A stretch of DNA of 63,697 bases, the filler included, from Fonticula-like sp. SCN 57-25 (lineage: Eukaryota), in NCBI GenBank assembly GCA_001724245.1. It is 5 parts of 5 records of this genome, joined end to end, with 100 filler letters (N's around TTAATTAATTAA, not from the genome) between each part and the next. Parts side by side here need not be neighbours in the genome. Positions count along the whole stretch, not along the records: positions 9,406 to 26,680 come from MEDX01000687.1; positions 26,781 to 39,481 come from MEDX01000688.1; 3 more parts are not named here. One strand, written 5' to 3'. Shown piece by piece: positions 24,810 to 34,794 of this stretch (position 1 is the stretch's first letter; each line of letters opens with the position of its first letter). Position numbers and translations under genes: made by a program. A model generated the notes under the pieces. That model did not search any database. It was not told the origin of the DNA and was given only the letters and a program-made list of their open reading frames with translations.

Positions 24810-26231
24810 TCAGTCTAATGCCTCGCTGGCCTTTCCGTCCTGGCGCTGCCCATCTGATCCTGCCTCCGCCTCCTCCGCCTCCTTTTCCTCGCGTCTGCGC
24901 TTTTTCCTGCTCTTCTGCAGCTCACGCTTCTCGTCAAACTTTGACTCTAGCACGTGCTATGCGCGACGTGTCAGCCCCCAAACTTCGCGGCTGCTTCGTG
25001 CGTACCATGACCGCCGCCTTGTGTGCCGCCGAGACCTGGTTGAGCATCTTGAGCACCTGGTCCTCCTCGATGGGCAGCTCCGTCAACTGCTTTCCAATCT
25101 TTTCCTCGACAGCGTGGACGAGCGAAATGTCACGCTCGGTGACGATCGTGACGGCCTGACCGCCGCGCCCCGCGCGCGCCGTACGGCCGACGCGGTGAAC
25201 ATAGTCCCTCGGTGCGGACGGGACGTCAAAGTTGAGCACGACCTCCACCTGCGGGATGTCGAGGCCGCGGCTGCCCACGTCGGTGGCAATGAGCGTCTTG
25301 ATGTAGCCGGAGCGGAAGCGCGAAAGGGAAGCAATGCGGTCGCTTTGCGTCATGCCAGAGTGCAGCGCGGTGACTTGAATGTCGAGCTCGCGCAGCATCA
25401 GGTAGAGAATTTCGGCGGTGCGGCAACGGCCGACAAAGACAACTGCCGACTTGCCCTGAAACAGCGTTTGCAGCAGGTATACAAGATACACTTCCTTGAC
25501 CTTTTGCGGGATAAAGACGTACTGCTGCAGCAGCTTGTCGACCGTGTCATACTTTGTTGACGCGTGGAACACAAAGGGATCGTTCATTGAGAGGGCCTGC
25601 AGCTTCTCAAGGTTGCGCGACATCGTGGCGCTAAAGAGAAGCGTCTGGCGCTGCTTGGGCATCGCACCGAGAACGGTCGCGAGGTCGTCCGCAAACGTCG
25701 GCTCGAGCATGCGATCAGCCTCGTCGAGGACAAGGAACTTTACGCGCTTGAGGTACACGGCGTCCGAGCAGCTCACAAGCGCGTCGGCGAGGCGGCCGGG
25801 CGTTGCAACGATAATGTGAGGGCGGGAGGAAAGCTCCTGCATCTGCACCATCATGTCGACGCCGCCAACCACCACAGACACACGAAGCTTGATACTGCGA
25901 CCGTACACCTTGAACTGATCGGCGATCTGGTATGCCAACTCGCTAATTTGATCGGTCAGTGAAACGTGAAAAGAATAGCCGGAAAGGCGCCCCGCGTCGG
26001 CGTCAGGATGACCGCGTAGACGCCATACGGATCCTCAGAGAACTTTTGGAGGATCGGGAGCGCGAATGCAGCAGTTTTGCCGCTACCCGTCTGCGCGCTG
26101 CCAATAATGTCGCGGCCCTTCAAAATGGGAGTGATGCAGTTTGCTTGAATGTCGGTAGGCTCGCGAATATTCACGCCTCCAAGGGCCTGAAGTAGCCAGG
26201 GCGACAGGCCGAGCTCCTTGAACGACGGCAT
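24810..26231 (-). CDS. DBP8: DEAD-box RNA helicase DBP8/DDX49
   Basis: [47 protein letters not shown]. Confidence 0.92.
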
Positions 26232-26680
26232 GGCCTGGGCGGTCAGCACCTGCCACGTGGGGTATGATCACGTGAGATTTAGTCGAAGATCATCGACGTG
26301 CACGAACACGGACCACATACTGTAGCATGGCAAATAACATTTTCAGCCACAGTACTGATACAGACGTACAAAGCGATACTTTCTGCCGCTCTTTCACTCT
26401 ATGCTGCATTACTTCGGTGTATTGAACAATGATACTTTGCACTAGATTCGAAATGCGGACCCTCAAACTGTGTACAGTATGCCGCCGTTCTTCCAATGTA
26501 AATGTAATACCAAGCCGTCATACTCTCACCACAATTGCCTTAAAGCTGACCTAAACAGCAAGTGTGCCGTGCTCATTCGTTCGTCAGGCTATGCTGCACG
26601 TCCCCGAAAACACCGCCTTGCACGATCATCGGCAAGCCTGCCACAGGCTTGTAGATTGTATTGCGTCTGTCACCGTCGAC

Positions 26681-26780
26681 NNNNNNNNNNNNNNNNNNNN
26701 NNNNNNNNNNNNNNNNNNNNNNNNTTAATTAATTAANNNNNNNNNNNNNNNNNNNNNNNNNNNNNNNNNNNNNNNNNNNN
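26681..26780. other. Artificial contig linker
   Basis: N-run/TTAATTAATTAA/N-run. Confidence 0.98.
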
Positions 26781-27296
26781 AAATTCGTCGCTCAATAAAA
26801 ACTTGGAGGTGTAGATCGAGCAAAAGTCGGCTTCTTTCCAAGCGCACTTGTTTTCGGCGCATTCTGGTATGTCCATGGGGATGCTTTCCAATTGTCTGCA
26901 CTCTTCTATGAGGTCGCGTGCGGCCAACAAGAATCCCACGTTCTCGCACATCTTCCTGGCGTTGTAATCGTTCACGGCACTCCCTCTGGTCGTCATGCGT
27001 GCACACGATGGCAGGGTTTTTTCGTTGGGTCGCCCGTAGTGTATTATGGCAGAAGTCTGGGTTAGTTTGTTTTTAAACTCATCCCATGTGTTAGTCTTGT
27101 TTGTATTGATCACTGCCAATCGCATGGCCTTTTGTTCCTTGTTGTAAGGTTTGCAATTAGGGTTGGGGTCATCGGGTTGCATGCATAGATAATCGTAAAC
27201 TATGGCCTTTATGTCGTCGCCGGCAAAATAAATCAGCGAATTGCTGGTGATTGCAATGATGAGCACGGAGAGTACGATTCCGGTGATTACTCTCAT
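26781..27296 (-). CDS. Hypothetical N-anchored Cys-rich protein (3' truncated)
   Basis: Hydrophobic N-terminus; several Cys. Confidence 0.7.
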
Positions 27297-27421
27297 TCCT
27301 TAAATGGCTTTTTTGTGCTGACGTCGTTGTACTTTTGTTTTTGCCTTGTGTTTTTGTTTTCTAAAAAAAAACTTTTTTTTTCCACTTTAGTTTACCAACC
27401 AACTGAAACAAAGCACCACAC

Positions 27422-27907
27422 ATGCAAAGATTTTTACGAGCCGTCTTTGGGGAAGAGAAAATGGAGCAAACCCAGCCTACCTTACCAACACTCGTGTGTA
27501 AAAAAGACGAAAAAGAAGATGATCGCACGGAAACGTGGGATCCATGGGATCTCGAATTCGATGTCCGTGGCGACTTTTGGATTAAAGGAGTTAACATGCA
27601 CCACGGAGAGAGTTTGACGGCGCCCTATTATTTCAATCTGACCTTCAACGTAGAAAAACAAGAAGCCTACGATAGGCTGATCAAACTGGGTATGCTCGAC
27701 ATGCCCAAGATTGACAAATTCCGTGGCGATGGATTCATGGTCGCCCACGACGGTGACGTGCGTCGTCTGGCAAATTATCTTGCACAAGCAACCACTTTCC
27801 AAGACAAAAAATACGAGGAAACTCTGGGAGTGTTCACGAGGACCGGCCAGTGCCCGCCTGGATATACGAGAAGTTCTTGCGGTTGCGACTGCAACGAGAA
27901 AAAATGA
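27422..27907 (+). CDS. Hypothetical protein, LAGLIDADG-like repeated-domain family member
   Basis: FDVRGDFWI...GFMVAHDGDVRRLANYLAQATTFQDKKY. Confidence 0.6.
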   Translation: MQRFLRAVFGEEKMEQTQPTLPTLVCKKDEKEDDRTETWDPWDLEFDVRGDFWIKGVNMHHGESLTAPYYFNLTFNVEKQEAYDRLIKLGMLDMPKIDKFRGDGFMVAHDGDVRRLANYLAQATTFQDKKYEETLGVFTRTGQCPPGYTRSSCGCDCNEKK

Positions 27908-27997
27908 AGTTCATATTTTGGCTCGAGTTTTTGAAAAATAAAACCAAATTTGTTCCCAATCATTCTATTATTTACTGCCATTTGTACAAAGCGCACC

Positions 27998-28336
27998 ATG
28001 GAAGGCGACAACGACACGAATATACAAGAGCTCATAAAATCCATAAGAGCATTCAAGCTCATGTTAAAAGAGGAAGCGAATTTATGGGACCATACAAACA
28101 GGTCCAAAACGTCCGAAGAGATTCTCAAGTACGACGTGGGGATGTACGTCTTGCAGATGCACGTCGAGGACAGGAAATTCAAGGCTTGTCTTTCTGCTAT
28201 AGAGCGGTTACAATTGACGGCCAAGGGTATCAACAAATGCTTTCGAAGAAAGGATTCCTTCCAAAAGCGCGACGAGGCCGTCACGTTGTTTAATAGGATA
28301 TGCGATATGATCGAAAGGGCTTGTGATAACGAATAA
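27998..28336 (+). CDS. Hypothetical helical protein
   Basis: ATG in CACCATG context; stop overlaps AATAAA. Confidence 0.6.
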   Translation: MEGDNDTNIQELIKSIRAFKLMLKEEANLWDHTNRSKTSEEILKYDVGMYVLQMHVEDRKFKACLSAIERLQLTAKGINKCFRRKDSFQKRDEAVTLFNRICDMIERACDNE

Positions 28337-28399
28337 ATTGGGTTTTCTATTATATAAATGATCTTGTTTATTTATAAAACACTAGCAAATAAAGGGCGA

Positions 28400-29167
28400 T
28401 TACAATATTTTATAAGCACGAAGTGTGACGCTCACGCGAGGTGCACACTTGGTAGGGTCGGCTGAGTACTTTGGGATTCCGTGGCGGAACTCTTCTTGCG
28501 TCTTGCCTCCCATGCGAATGATTTGACCGTGATAGGTTGGAAGCGCTAGATTGTCAAAGTATCTCAAACTCAATTTCTTTGACGTGTCGCTAGCCGCGCG
28601 ATCGGGTCTGGCAAAACGACCATCGCTAACACCTTCCGTGGTTCCATCACCGTGAAGAATGTGCTCGTCCTTGGAACGTACGAGGAATTGTCGAAGGTTG
28701 CCTTGTTCCATGCTACCTTCGGGACAAAACGTGACGATTACTATGGGGAGAGATTCGACCATTCCTTCCATGTAATCGGCATGCTGTGCAGTGTAGTTAT
28801 TACCGTCTTCGTACCAGTTCAAGGTCACTTCGTTATAATGGCCCCCAGAGGTATGGTTGTTAAAGTGGTCGACTAATTCCTTGAGCAGGTTGGGTATGGG
28901 ATGGGTGCTGCCTTTCGCACAGATTCCATCCGAACCAGAGAACATGTAACTAGGTTCGGTGCCTTTGTAACTCGGGACGACTCCGAAGCTTGCGTGAATG
29001 CGAGGAGATTCTCTAGTAATTCCACCGGTAATGACTTTGGAACCTTTCCATTCGTTTCTTAAGTTCCATAATTCAACCCAACGTTCATCGTATTGCTGAA
29101 GCAATTCTTTCGGGAGAGTCGCTACACTGATCCAAGACAATTCGCTAAGGTTAATGACCGATTCCAT
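28400..29167 (-). CDS. 2OG-Fe(II) dioxygenase, AlkB (ALKBH2/3-like)
   Basis: YN..TLNWY.DG..YTAQHAD, FRHGIPK, RVSVTLR. Confidence 0.9.
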   Translation of the reverse strand: MESVINLSELSWISVATLPKELLQQYDERWVELWNLRNEWKGSKVITGGITRESPRIHASFGVVPSYKGTEPSYMFSGSDGICAKGSTHPIPNLLKELVDHFNNHTSGGHYNEVTLNWYEDGNNYTAQHADYMEGMVESLPIVIVTFCPEGSMEQGNLRQFLVRSKDEHILHGDGTTEGVSDGRFARPDRAASDTSKKLSLRYFDNLALPTYHGQIIRMGGKTQEEFRHGIPKYSADPTKCAPRVSVTLRAYKIL

Positions 29168-29325
29168 GGTTGGTTGATGCGTTGTTTGGTGGTTTGTTTT
29201 GTGAAATAAAACGAACGGGCCGTTTGTTTTTATGGTGTAAGAAAAATAAAATTGATAAATTCTTCCAACCTCTTTTTTTTTCGCGCGTGTGAAAAAAAAA
29301 TAAGTGGTTTATTTACATTGCAATC

Positions 29326-29793
29326 ATGTCAAGACAACCACTCATCGTACCCCAATTCAATCGCTCGAAACTCCTCAAACTTGCCCACACCAACTGGGAT
29401 GACATGGCCAAGGATAGCGAAGGTAACATGATCGACCAGAAGGCGGAGTTTATCACCTACGAAGTTCCCACCCAGACGACGTGGCTCAAAGGTTTCACCT
29501 TGTTTAGACACGGCCATCGTGGTTACCTCAGTATCTACGTAGAAATCAAAGATTGTATCCCTGGTTCCATCGTCAAGCGCAGTTTGAAAATATGGAACGT
29601 CGACGTTAATTTCGAAGACGGTAGCCCCGGATTCTCGGTGTTCTTCAGGAAGGACGTCGGCAACATGGCACGCTTCATCTACGACACGTCCCAATTTACC
29701 GAGACCAAATACAAGAGCCTCTTGGAGAACTTTATCATTTGGGGATCTAGTCCGCAGGAGGTGGACTATACCCCTACACTCACGTGGGTTTGA
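29326..29793 (+). CDS. Hypothetical protein, same repeated-domain family as 27422
   Basis: GFSVFFRKDVGNMARFIYDTSQFTETKYKSLLENF. Confidence 0.6.
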   Translation: MSRQPLIVPQFNRSKLLKLAHTNWDDMAKDSEGNMIDQKAEFITYEVPTQTTWLKGFTLFRHGHRGYLSIYVEIKDCIPGSIVKRSLKIWNVDVNFEDGSPGFSVFFRKDVGNMARFIYDTSQFTETKYKSLLENFIIWGSSPQEVDYTPTLTWV

Positions 29794-29877
29794 AAGGACA
29801 AATAAACCGATTTTTCGATATTCCAAACTTCTTTCAAATTCTTATTCTTCTACCAACTGCTGAACAGTAAACCACAA

Positions 29878-30636
29878 ATGACAGATAACCAAGAGCCAGC
29901 GAACAACGTGGACACCTTCCAAGTATCTCATATACCCAACGAGATATGGTCGTTAGTATTTGACGGCTCTACCACGAGCGAAGAAATGCACCTTGTTTTG
30001 GCCATGACATCCATGGTTTGCAAGGAGTTCAACCAAATCGTCCGTGATTACAAATCCCATTCGACGTTTGTCCCCTACAAATTTGGGTTAAGGGGTGCCG
30101 TAATAAGCTACGGTCATTTGGGATTGTTGTCAATGTGGACAAGTTTGAAAGTTCTTATAACGAGCAAAGATGTAGAATTGGCGATTAGGAGTGGATATTT
30201 GGATTGTCTTCAACATGTTTGGTCCAAGTGGAACTTCTTCCACGAGTGTAGCGCCGTGGAAGGGTTGCTTCTCGAACATAGTTTGGCACGGCTCTCGATT
30301 TTGAGGAATCGCAAAGAGATTTACGAGTTTATCGTCGAACAAGTTGGTTTTAGCGCAAATTACCTTTATTACGCTATAAGTCTTGGACATATAGAATGTA
30401 CAACTTGGATGTTCGAAAAAGCTTTTAAAACATCTACGAAGATAGAATTAAATCGCGTCATGTTAGCTTGTGGCACCAATCGTGAAATAAAACAAGTGTT
30501 CGAGGAATTACACAAAGAACATTTGAAGAGATTACACACGTTTGGGGACAGATCGATGGAACAGGTGCAGAAGTTACGAAGCATGATGTCAGAACACGCG
30601 TTTAATCAAGAGATGCAATCTTTGTCGCAAAAATAA
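29878..30636 (+). CDS. F-box-like plus degenerate ankyrin repeat protein (paralog 1)
   Basis: IPNEIWSLVF..SMVCKEFNQI; AIRSGYLDCLQH; AISLGHIEC. Confidence 0.75.
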   Translation: MTDNQEPANNVDTFQVSHIPNEIWSLVFDGSTTSEEMHLVLAMTSMVCKEFNQIVRDYKSHSTFVPYKFGLRGAVISYGHLGLLSMWTSLKVLITSKDVELAIRSGYLDCLQHVWSKWNFFHECSAVEGLLLEHSLARLSILRNRKEIYEFIVEQVGFSANYLYYAISLGHIECTTWMFEKAFKTSTKIELNRVMLACGTNREIKQVFEELHKEHLKRLHTFGDRSMEQVQKLRSMMSEHAFNQEMQSLSQK

Positions 30637-30723
30637 AGATTTTTCGATTTTCTGGAAATGCTCCACTGTTCGATTTCGCGATATTCTCATTTCGTAAAAA
30701 AGATTCAGAACAGTGAACCACAC

Positions 30724-31467
30724 ATGGAAAACAAACAAGAACTACAGGATACCACAAATACGCTCCAAGCTACCAATGTTCCCGTCGAGATATGGTATAT
30801 GGTATTGGAATCATCAACCAAGGGCTCAAGAATGCACGTCCTTCTGGCCATGATGTCCATGGTCTGTAAGGAATTCAACCAACTCGTTCGATATTACAAA
30901 GCGTGCTCAAAGTTCTTCCCCCACGAGTATGGACTACGTGGCGCCATACTATCGTCCGGCCATTTGGAATTGTTGTCGACGTGGATGAACTTGGGCGTCG
31001 GCATCACGAAAAAAGACGTACGGACGGCAGTTCAAGGCGGATATTTGGACTGTTTTCAATACGTTTGGTCCAAGTGGAAAAATTCGGAAGAGAATAGTAA
31101 CTCGGTAGAAAGAAAATTACAAGAAGTCAGTTTGATGCAATCTTCTATCGTACTAAAGCGCAAAGAGATTTGCGAGTTTTTGGCCCGGAACATCGACTTT
31201 ATCGAGGAATACGTTTATTGCGCTACAGCATTTGGAAGTGTCGAGTGCATGGCCTTTATGTTCGACATGGCTTTGGAAAAGTTGATACCGTTGGATTTCG
31301 AGCGCATTAGATTTAGCTATGGTGCCGATAGCGCAAGAGGGGAAGCCGTCCAGAAATTGCAAGAAGAATACTTGAAAAAATTCAACACACCCGAGCATCA
31401 AGCGAGAATAATGATGCTCCATATACAAAACTATGAAAAGGCGTTGCAAAAGACTGCACAAAAATAA
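30724..31467 (+). CDS. F-box-like plus degenerate ankyrin repeat protein (paralog 2)
   Basis: VPVEIWYMVL..SMVCKEFNQL; AVQGGYLDCFQY; colinear with paralog 1. Confidence 0.75.
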   Translation: MENKQELQDTTNTLQATNVPVEIWYMVLESSTKGSRMHVLLAMMSMVCKEFNQLVRYYKACSKFFPHEYGLRGAILSSGHLELLSTWMNLGVGITKKDVRTAVQGGYLDCFQYVWSKWKNSEENSNSVERKLQEVSLMQSSIVLKRKEICEFLARNIDFIEEYVYCATAFGSVECMAFMFDMALEKLIPLDFERIRFSYGADSARGEAVQKLQEEYLKKFNTPEHQARIMMLHIQNYEKALQKTAQK

Positions 31468-31613
31468 ACGTTTGAATTTTCTGTTTAAGCACGAGCGTCA
31501 TTTTTTATTTTCAGGAAACGCATTTCCAGAAAACGCACCATAAAATAAAATTTTCTTGGTCTATTATTTCATTCATAATCGAACAAAGCAACAACAACAC
31601 AACAGAAACAACA

Positions 31614-32669
31614 ATGGCCGAACCTCAGAAATACACCGATCCCATGGAGCGCGTCTTGTTGACGCTCGATAGCGACACCAGCGGACGCGAAGACTGGATC
31701 ACCCATATAAGTTTTAAACCCTTGACCCCTGGATGGATAAGAGAGTTCACCATCTCACACCGCCAAGGCTACGAAACGAAGATATCCCTGGGAGTAAAAA
31801 AGTATTTGTTCGGACTCGTGAAAGAACGATTAAAATCCGCCAAAATCGTCGCACATGGTCGCGACAATTGGTTCATTACACGCACGGCCAGCCAATCGAA
31901 AAAATTTGCACGATTTTTGCTTCCTTTCTTGGCCTTTGACGACCCAAAGCACCTCGAAATACTCAAGGAGTTTTCGGACTCGTGGAACGAAGAAGAATAT
32001 AACAAGGAAAGCGGGAAGCCCGTATTCATGAACAAAAACTGCGATTGGGACACGGAGGTCATCCACTACGATTCATCCTTGAGGAGAAAAGCGTGTTTCG
32101 AATGCCTCGACAAGTCGTTCTACATCAAAACTATCGACTTTTTATATTACGACGATGACAGAATGGTCATTAATTCCATCGTGAGAAATCAATACAAATT
32201 CCAAGCCGTGGATGTGTTAAAGGCTCTCAATATCGCAGTGAAAATCGAGGGTGGTCCCAAACCCGAAATTAGAGTCGAGAGCATTGAACACGTGAAAAGC
32301 ATGGCAAAATATCTCTCGGAGACGATCATGTTCGAAGAGAAGAAGCACGACACGATACTACACCAGTTTGAAAATTACGAGCCCATCAAGGCGACAAAGA
32401 TACACGAGGTGAAACGCTCGCGCGGTTATGTAGCATCCCCTCCCCCCATTTCCCCTTCTTTATCCTTTCCACAACGTCCTTTCCCCGGACAAGAACCTGG
32501 TTATGCCATAGACAATATTGTTTTGGAATTGATGAAGCAAAAGCTCTTTACGGATATTTTAGAGAGTATGGGCGACATCAAGTTAGACCCCAAGCCAGCC
32601 TCAAAGCCAGATTCAGACTCAGAACCAGATTTGGACTCGGATTCGGATTCGATGGAAGAAGTTGACTAA
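31614..32669 (+). CDS. Two-repeat member of the LAGLIDADG-like family with an acidic DS tail
   Basis: ..KKFARFLLPFLAFDDPKHLEIL and ..HVKSMAKYLSETIMFEEKKHDTIL. Confidence 0.6.
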   Translation: MAEPQKYTDPMERVLLTLDSDTSGREDWITHISFKPLTPGWIREFTISHRQGYETKISLGVKKYLFGLVKERLKSAKIVAHGRDNWFITRTASQSKKFARFLLPFLAFDDPKHLEILKEFSDSWNEEEYNKESGKPVFMNKNCDWDTEVIHYDSSLRRKACFECLDKSFYIKTIDFLYYDDDRMVINSIVRNQYKFQAVDVLKALNIAVKIEGGPKPEIRVESIEHVKSMAKYLSETIMFEEKKHDTILHQFENYEPIKATKIHEVKRSRGYVASPPPISPSLSFPQRPFPGQEPGYAIDNIVLELMKQKLFTDILESMGDIKLDPKPASKPDSDSEPDLDSDSDSMEEVD

Positions 32670-32808
32670 AAAAAATGTGTAACCAGAACTTAACAATAAA
32701 TCCTTTTGCCAATTTTGTAAAGTTTTTTTTTATTTTTTAAGGCTCGAATTTCTCGGTTTTGAAAGAAACCCAAGAATTACACACCGATTGCCTGGATACT
32801 TTTCTTAC

Positions 32809-34728
32809 ATGGCGCGATCGTTCGAAAGCGGTAGCAAATTGTACCGCGGTGGATTATTTATTTTTTTATTGTGCGTGGCGACAGCGACGGCCACCGGATC
32901 TCAACAAGCCCGAGTCGTTCATTGTGATGATATCATCGCAGGTTCCGGTGCAACGGGCGCTTATTTAGCCAGCATGGCCGCAGATTTTCCTCATGCTCGT
33001 ATTTGCGTCATCGAACAAGGCAAAGCCGTCAAGGATTTGACTCTCGTCGCCCCAGTTCCATGGCCTTATAGCGCTCCCGATGCCGTTCGAATGATGCTCG
33101 GCATGTACTTGGTCACCGGAAACTTGCTCAATCAAGTCAAAGAATACCAGACCGTACCGCAATACAACCTCCTCGAAATGGTTCCTTCCACCGATCCCAA
33201 TAACCCTTACCCTACCTTGGTCCCCGGTCGCAGAGTCACCACAGCTTACGCAGAAGGCGCCGTGGGTGGAGGACCCAACGCCAATGCCGCAGGCGACCGT
33301 GTTCCCGCGCGATCGGTCATCGACGACGAGTTCGACATGCCCAACTTTAAATGGCACGAGTGGAAACCGGACTTTGACGCCTTGGTCACCGAGGTCGGTG
33401 TCGCAAAGGTGCCCCTCATCGCTCAATTGGAACCCGAATTGAAGCACAAGGCTCGCGAAGGTTTCATATCCGCCGGCTACTACGCCAACCCCAACATGCG
33501 ACAAGGCAACCTTTTGGGCTCCGACGGAACTTCGTTCTGCGTTAAACCCAAAGACCCCACCAACCCCGTCTTGCTCAACCGTACCAGTTCTGCATTCAGC
33601 TTCGTGGAGAATTACGAGGGTAAATCACCTTTCCCCAACCTTCACGTGTTTACTCGCATGCGCGTGGATCGTGTCCACCTCGAGGGATGGTTCAACCGCG
33701 CCAAGGGTGTGTGGGCTACCGATCTCAACACTGGCGAGCGTGTGTACTTTAAGACTCGCAACGAAGTGTTCCTCTCGACTGGTACTCGCAGTGATGCCAA
33801 GATTTTGGCTGCCAGTGGTATCTACAACCGCACCGTTCTCCAAAAATGGGGCATTCCCGTGCGCGTTAACAACGCCAACGTAGGTCAAAACGTGTGGAGT
33901 CACTTCAACCTCAGAGCCATCATGAAGGTCAACGAATCGATGGTTGCTCAACCCAAGATCCCCGACGTGGAAGTTGGTGCCGCCATCTTCGGTTACGGCC
34001 CCGTCGCCGGTGTCAGCCCGAGCGCCCCCAACCGCTGGGGTATCGGTCTCAGTCAGCTCACCGCTCCAATTTTGCCTCCCTACGAAACAGTAGGTCTCTT
34101 GGAAATGCAAGCTTACGACACAAAATCACGCGGCAGTATCACGTTCACCAACGTGACCGCCCAAGGTGAGACGCTCATCGACTATCGCATGCTGGAGGAT
34201 CCTCGCGACGTGGCCTTGGTTCGTGACTTGGTTATGGAAGCTCAACGAATCCTAAACCAACCCTCCATCAAACAAGCGTACCCCGAAATGCTCCTTCCTA
34301 GCCCACAACAATTCGATCTTTCCAACCCACAACAAGCCGAACTGTTCGCTCGTTTGAGCTTGGGAGCTGCATACCACGACGGTGGATCAGTTCGTATGGG
34401 TCGCATCACCGATAGAAAGCGTGTGGTGGACACTCGAGCCCGCGTCGTCGGAACTTTGGGTCTCCGTGTTGTGAGCAGCGCAGTTTTCCCCGTTCCTTTG
34501 CGCGTCAACATGGCCAGTCCTTGCATGGCCCTCGGTCGCCGTGTTAAACGACTCGTCGTCGAAGAACGCACAGGTCGCCGCTGGAGAAATAGATCCACCG
34601 ATACCGACGGTGACGATGATGCTTATTCCGAATCGACTGAGGAAACCTTCCAACGCTTGTTGGAACTCGACAATGTCGAGACTATGCCCATTCCCGAAAA
34701 TGACTACAATGAACCCTTGGACAATTAG
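32809..34728 (+). CDS. Secreted/anchored GMC-family FAD oxidoreductase
   Basis: N-terminal hydrophobic segment, IIAGSGATG, VGGGPNANA, L.ASGI, VGQNVWSH, YHDGGSVRMG, VVD.RARV.G..GLRVV. Confidence 0.9.
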   Translation: MARSFESGSKLYRGGLFIFLLCVATATATGSQQARVVHCDDIIAGSGATGAYLASMAADFPHARICVIEQGKAVKDLTLVAPVPWPYSAPDAVRMMLGMYLVTGNLLNQVKEYQTVPQYNLLEMVPSTDPNNPYPTLVPGRRVTTAYAEGAVGGGPNANAAGDRVPARSVIDDEFDMPNFKWHEWKPDFDALVTEVGVAKVPLIAQLEPELKHKAREGFISAGYYANPNMRQGNLLGSDGTSFCVKPKDPTNPVLLNRTSSAFSFVENYEGKSPFPNLHVFTRMRVDRVHLEGWFNRAKGVWATDLNTGERVYFKTRNEVFLSTGTRSDAKILAASGIYNRTVLQKWGIPVRVNNANVGQNVWSHFNLRAIMKVNESMVAQPKIPDVEVGAAIFGYGPVAGVSPSAPNRWGIGLSQLTAPILPPYETVGLLEMQAYDTKSRGSITFTNVTAQGETLIDYRMLEDPRDVALVRDLVMEAQRILNQPSIKQAYPEMLLPSPQQFDLSNPQQAELFARLSLGAAYHDGGSVRMGRITDRKRVVDTRARVVGTLGLRVVSSAVFPVPLRVNMASPCMALGRRVKRLVVEERTGRRWRNRSTDTDGDDDAYSESTEETFQRLLELDNVETMPIPENDYNEPLDN

Positions 34729-34794
34729 GCGATTTAATTTAATTGTGGTGTATGTGAAATAGCCCTTTATTTCCAATAAAAATACAGTTCCAAC

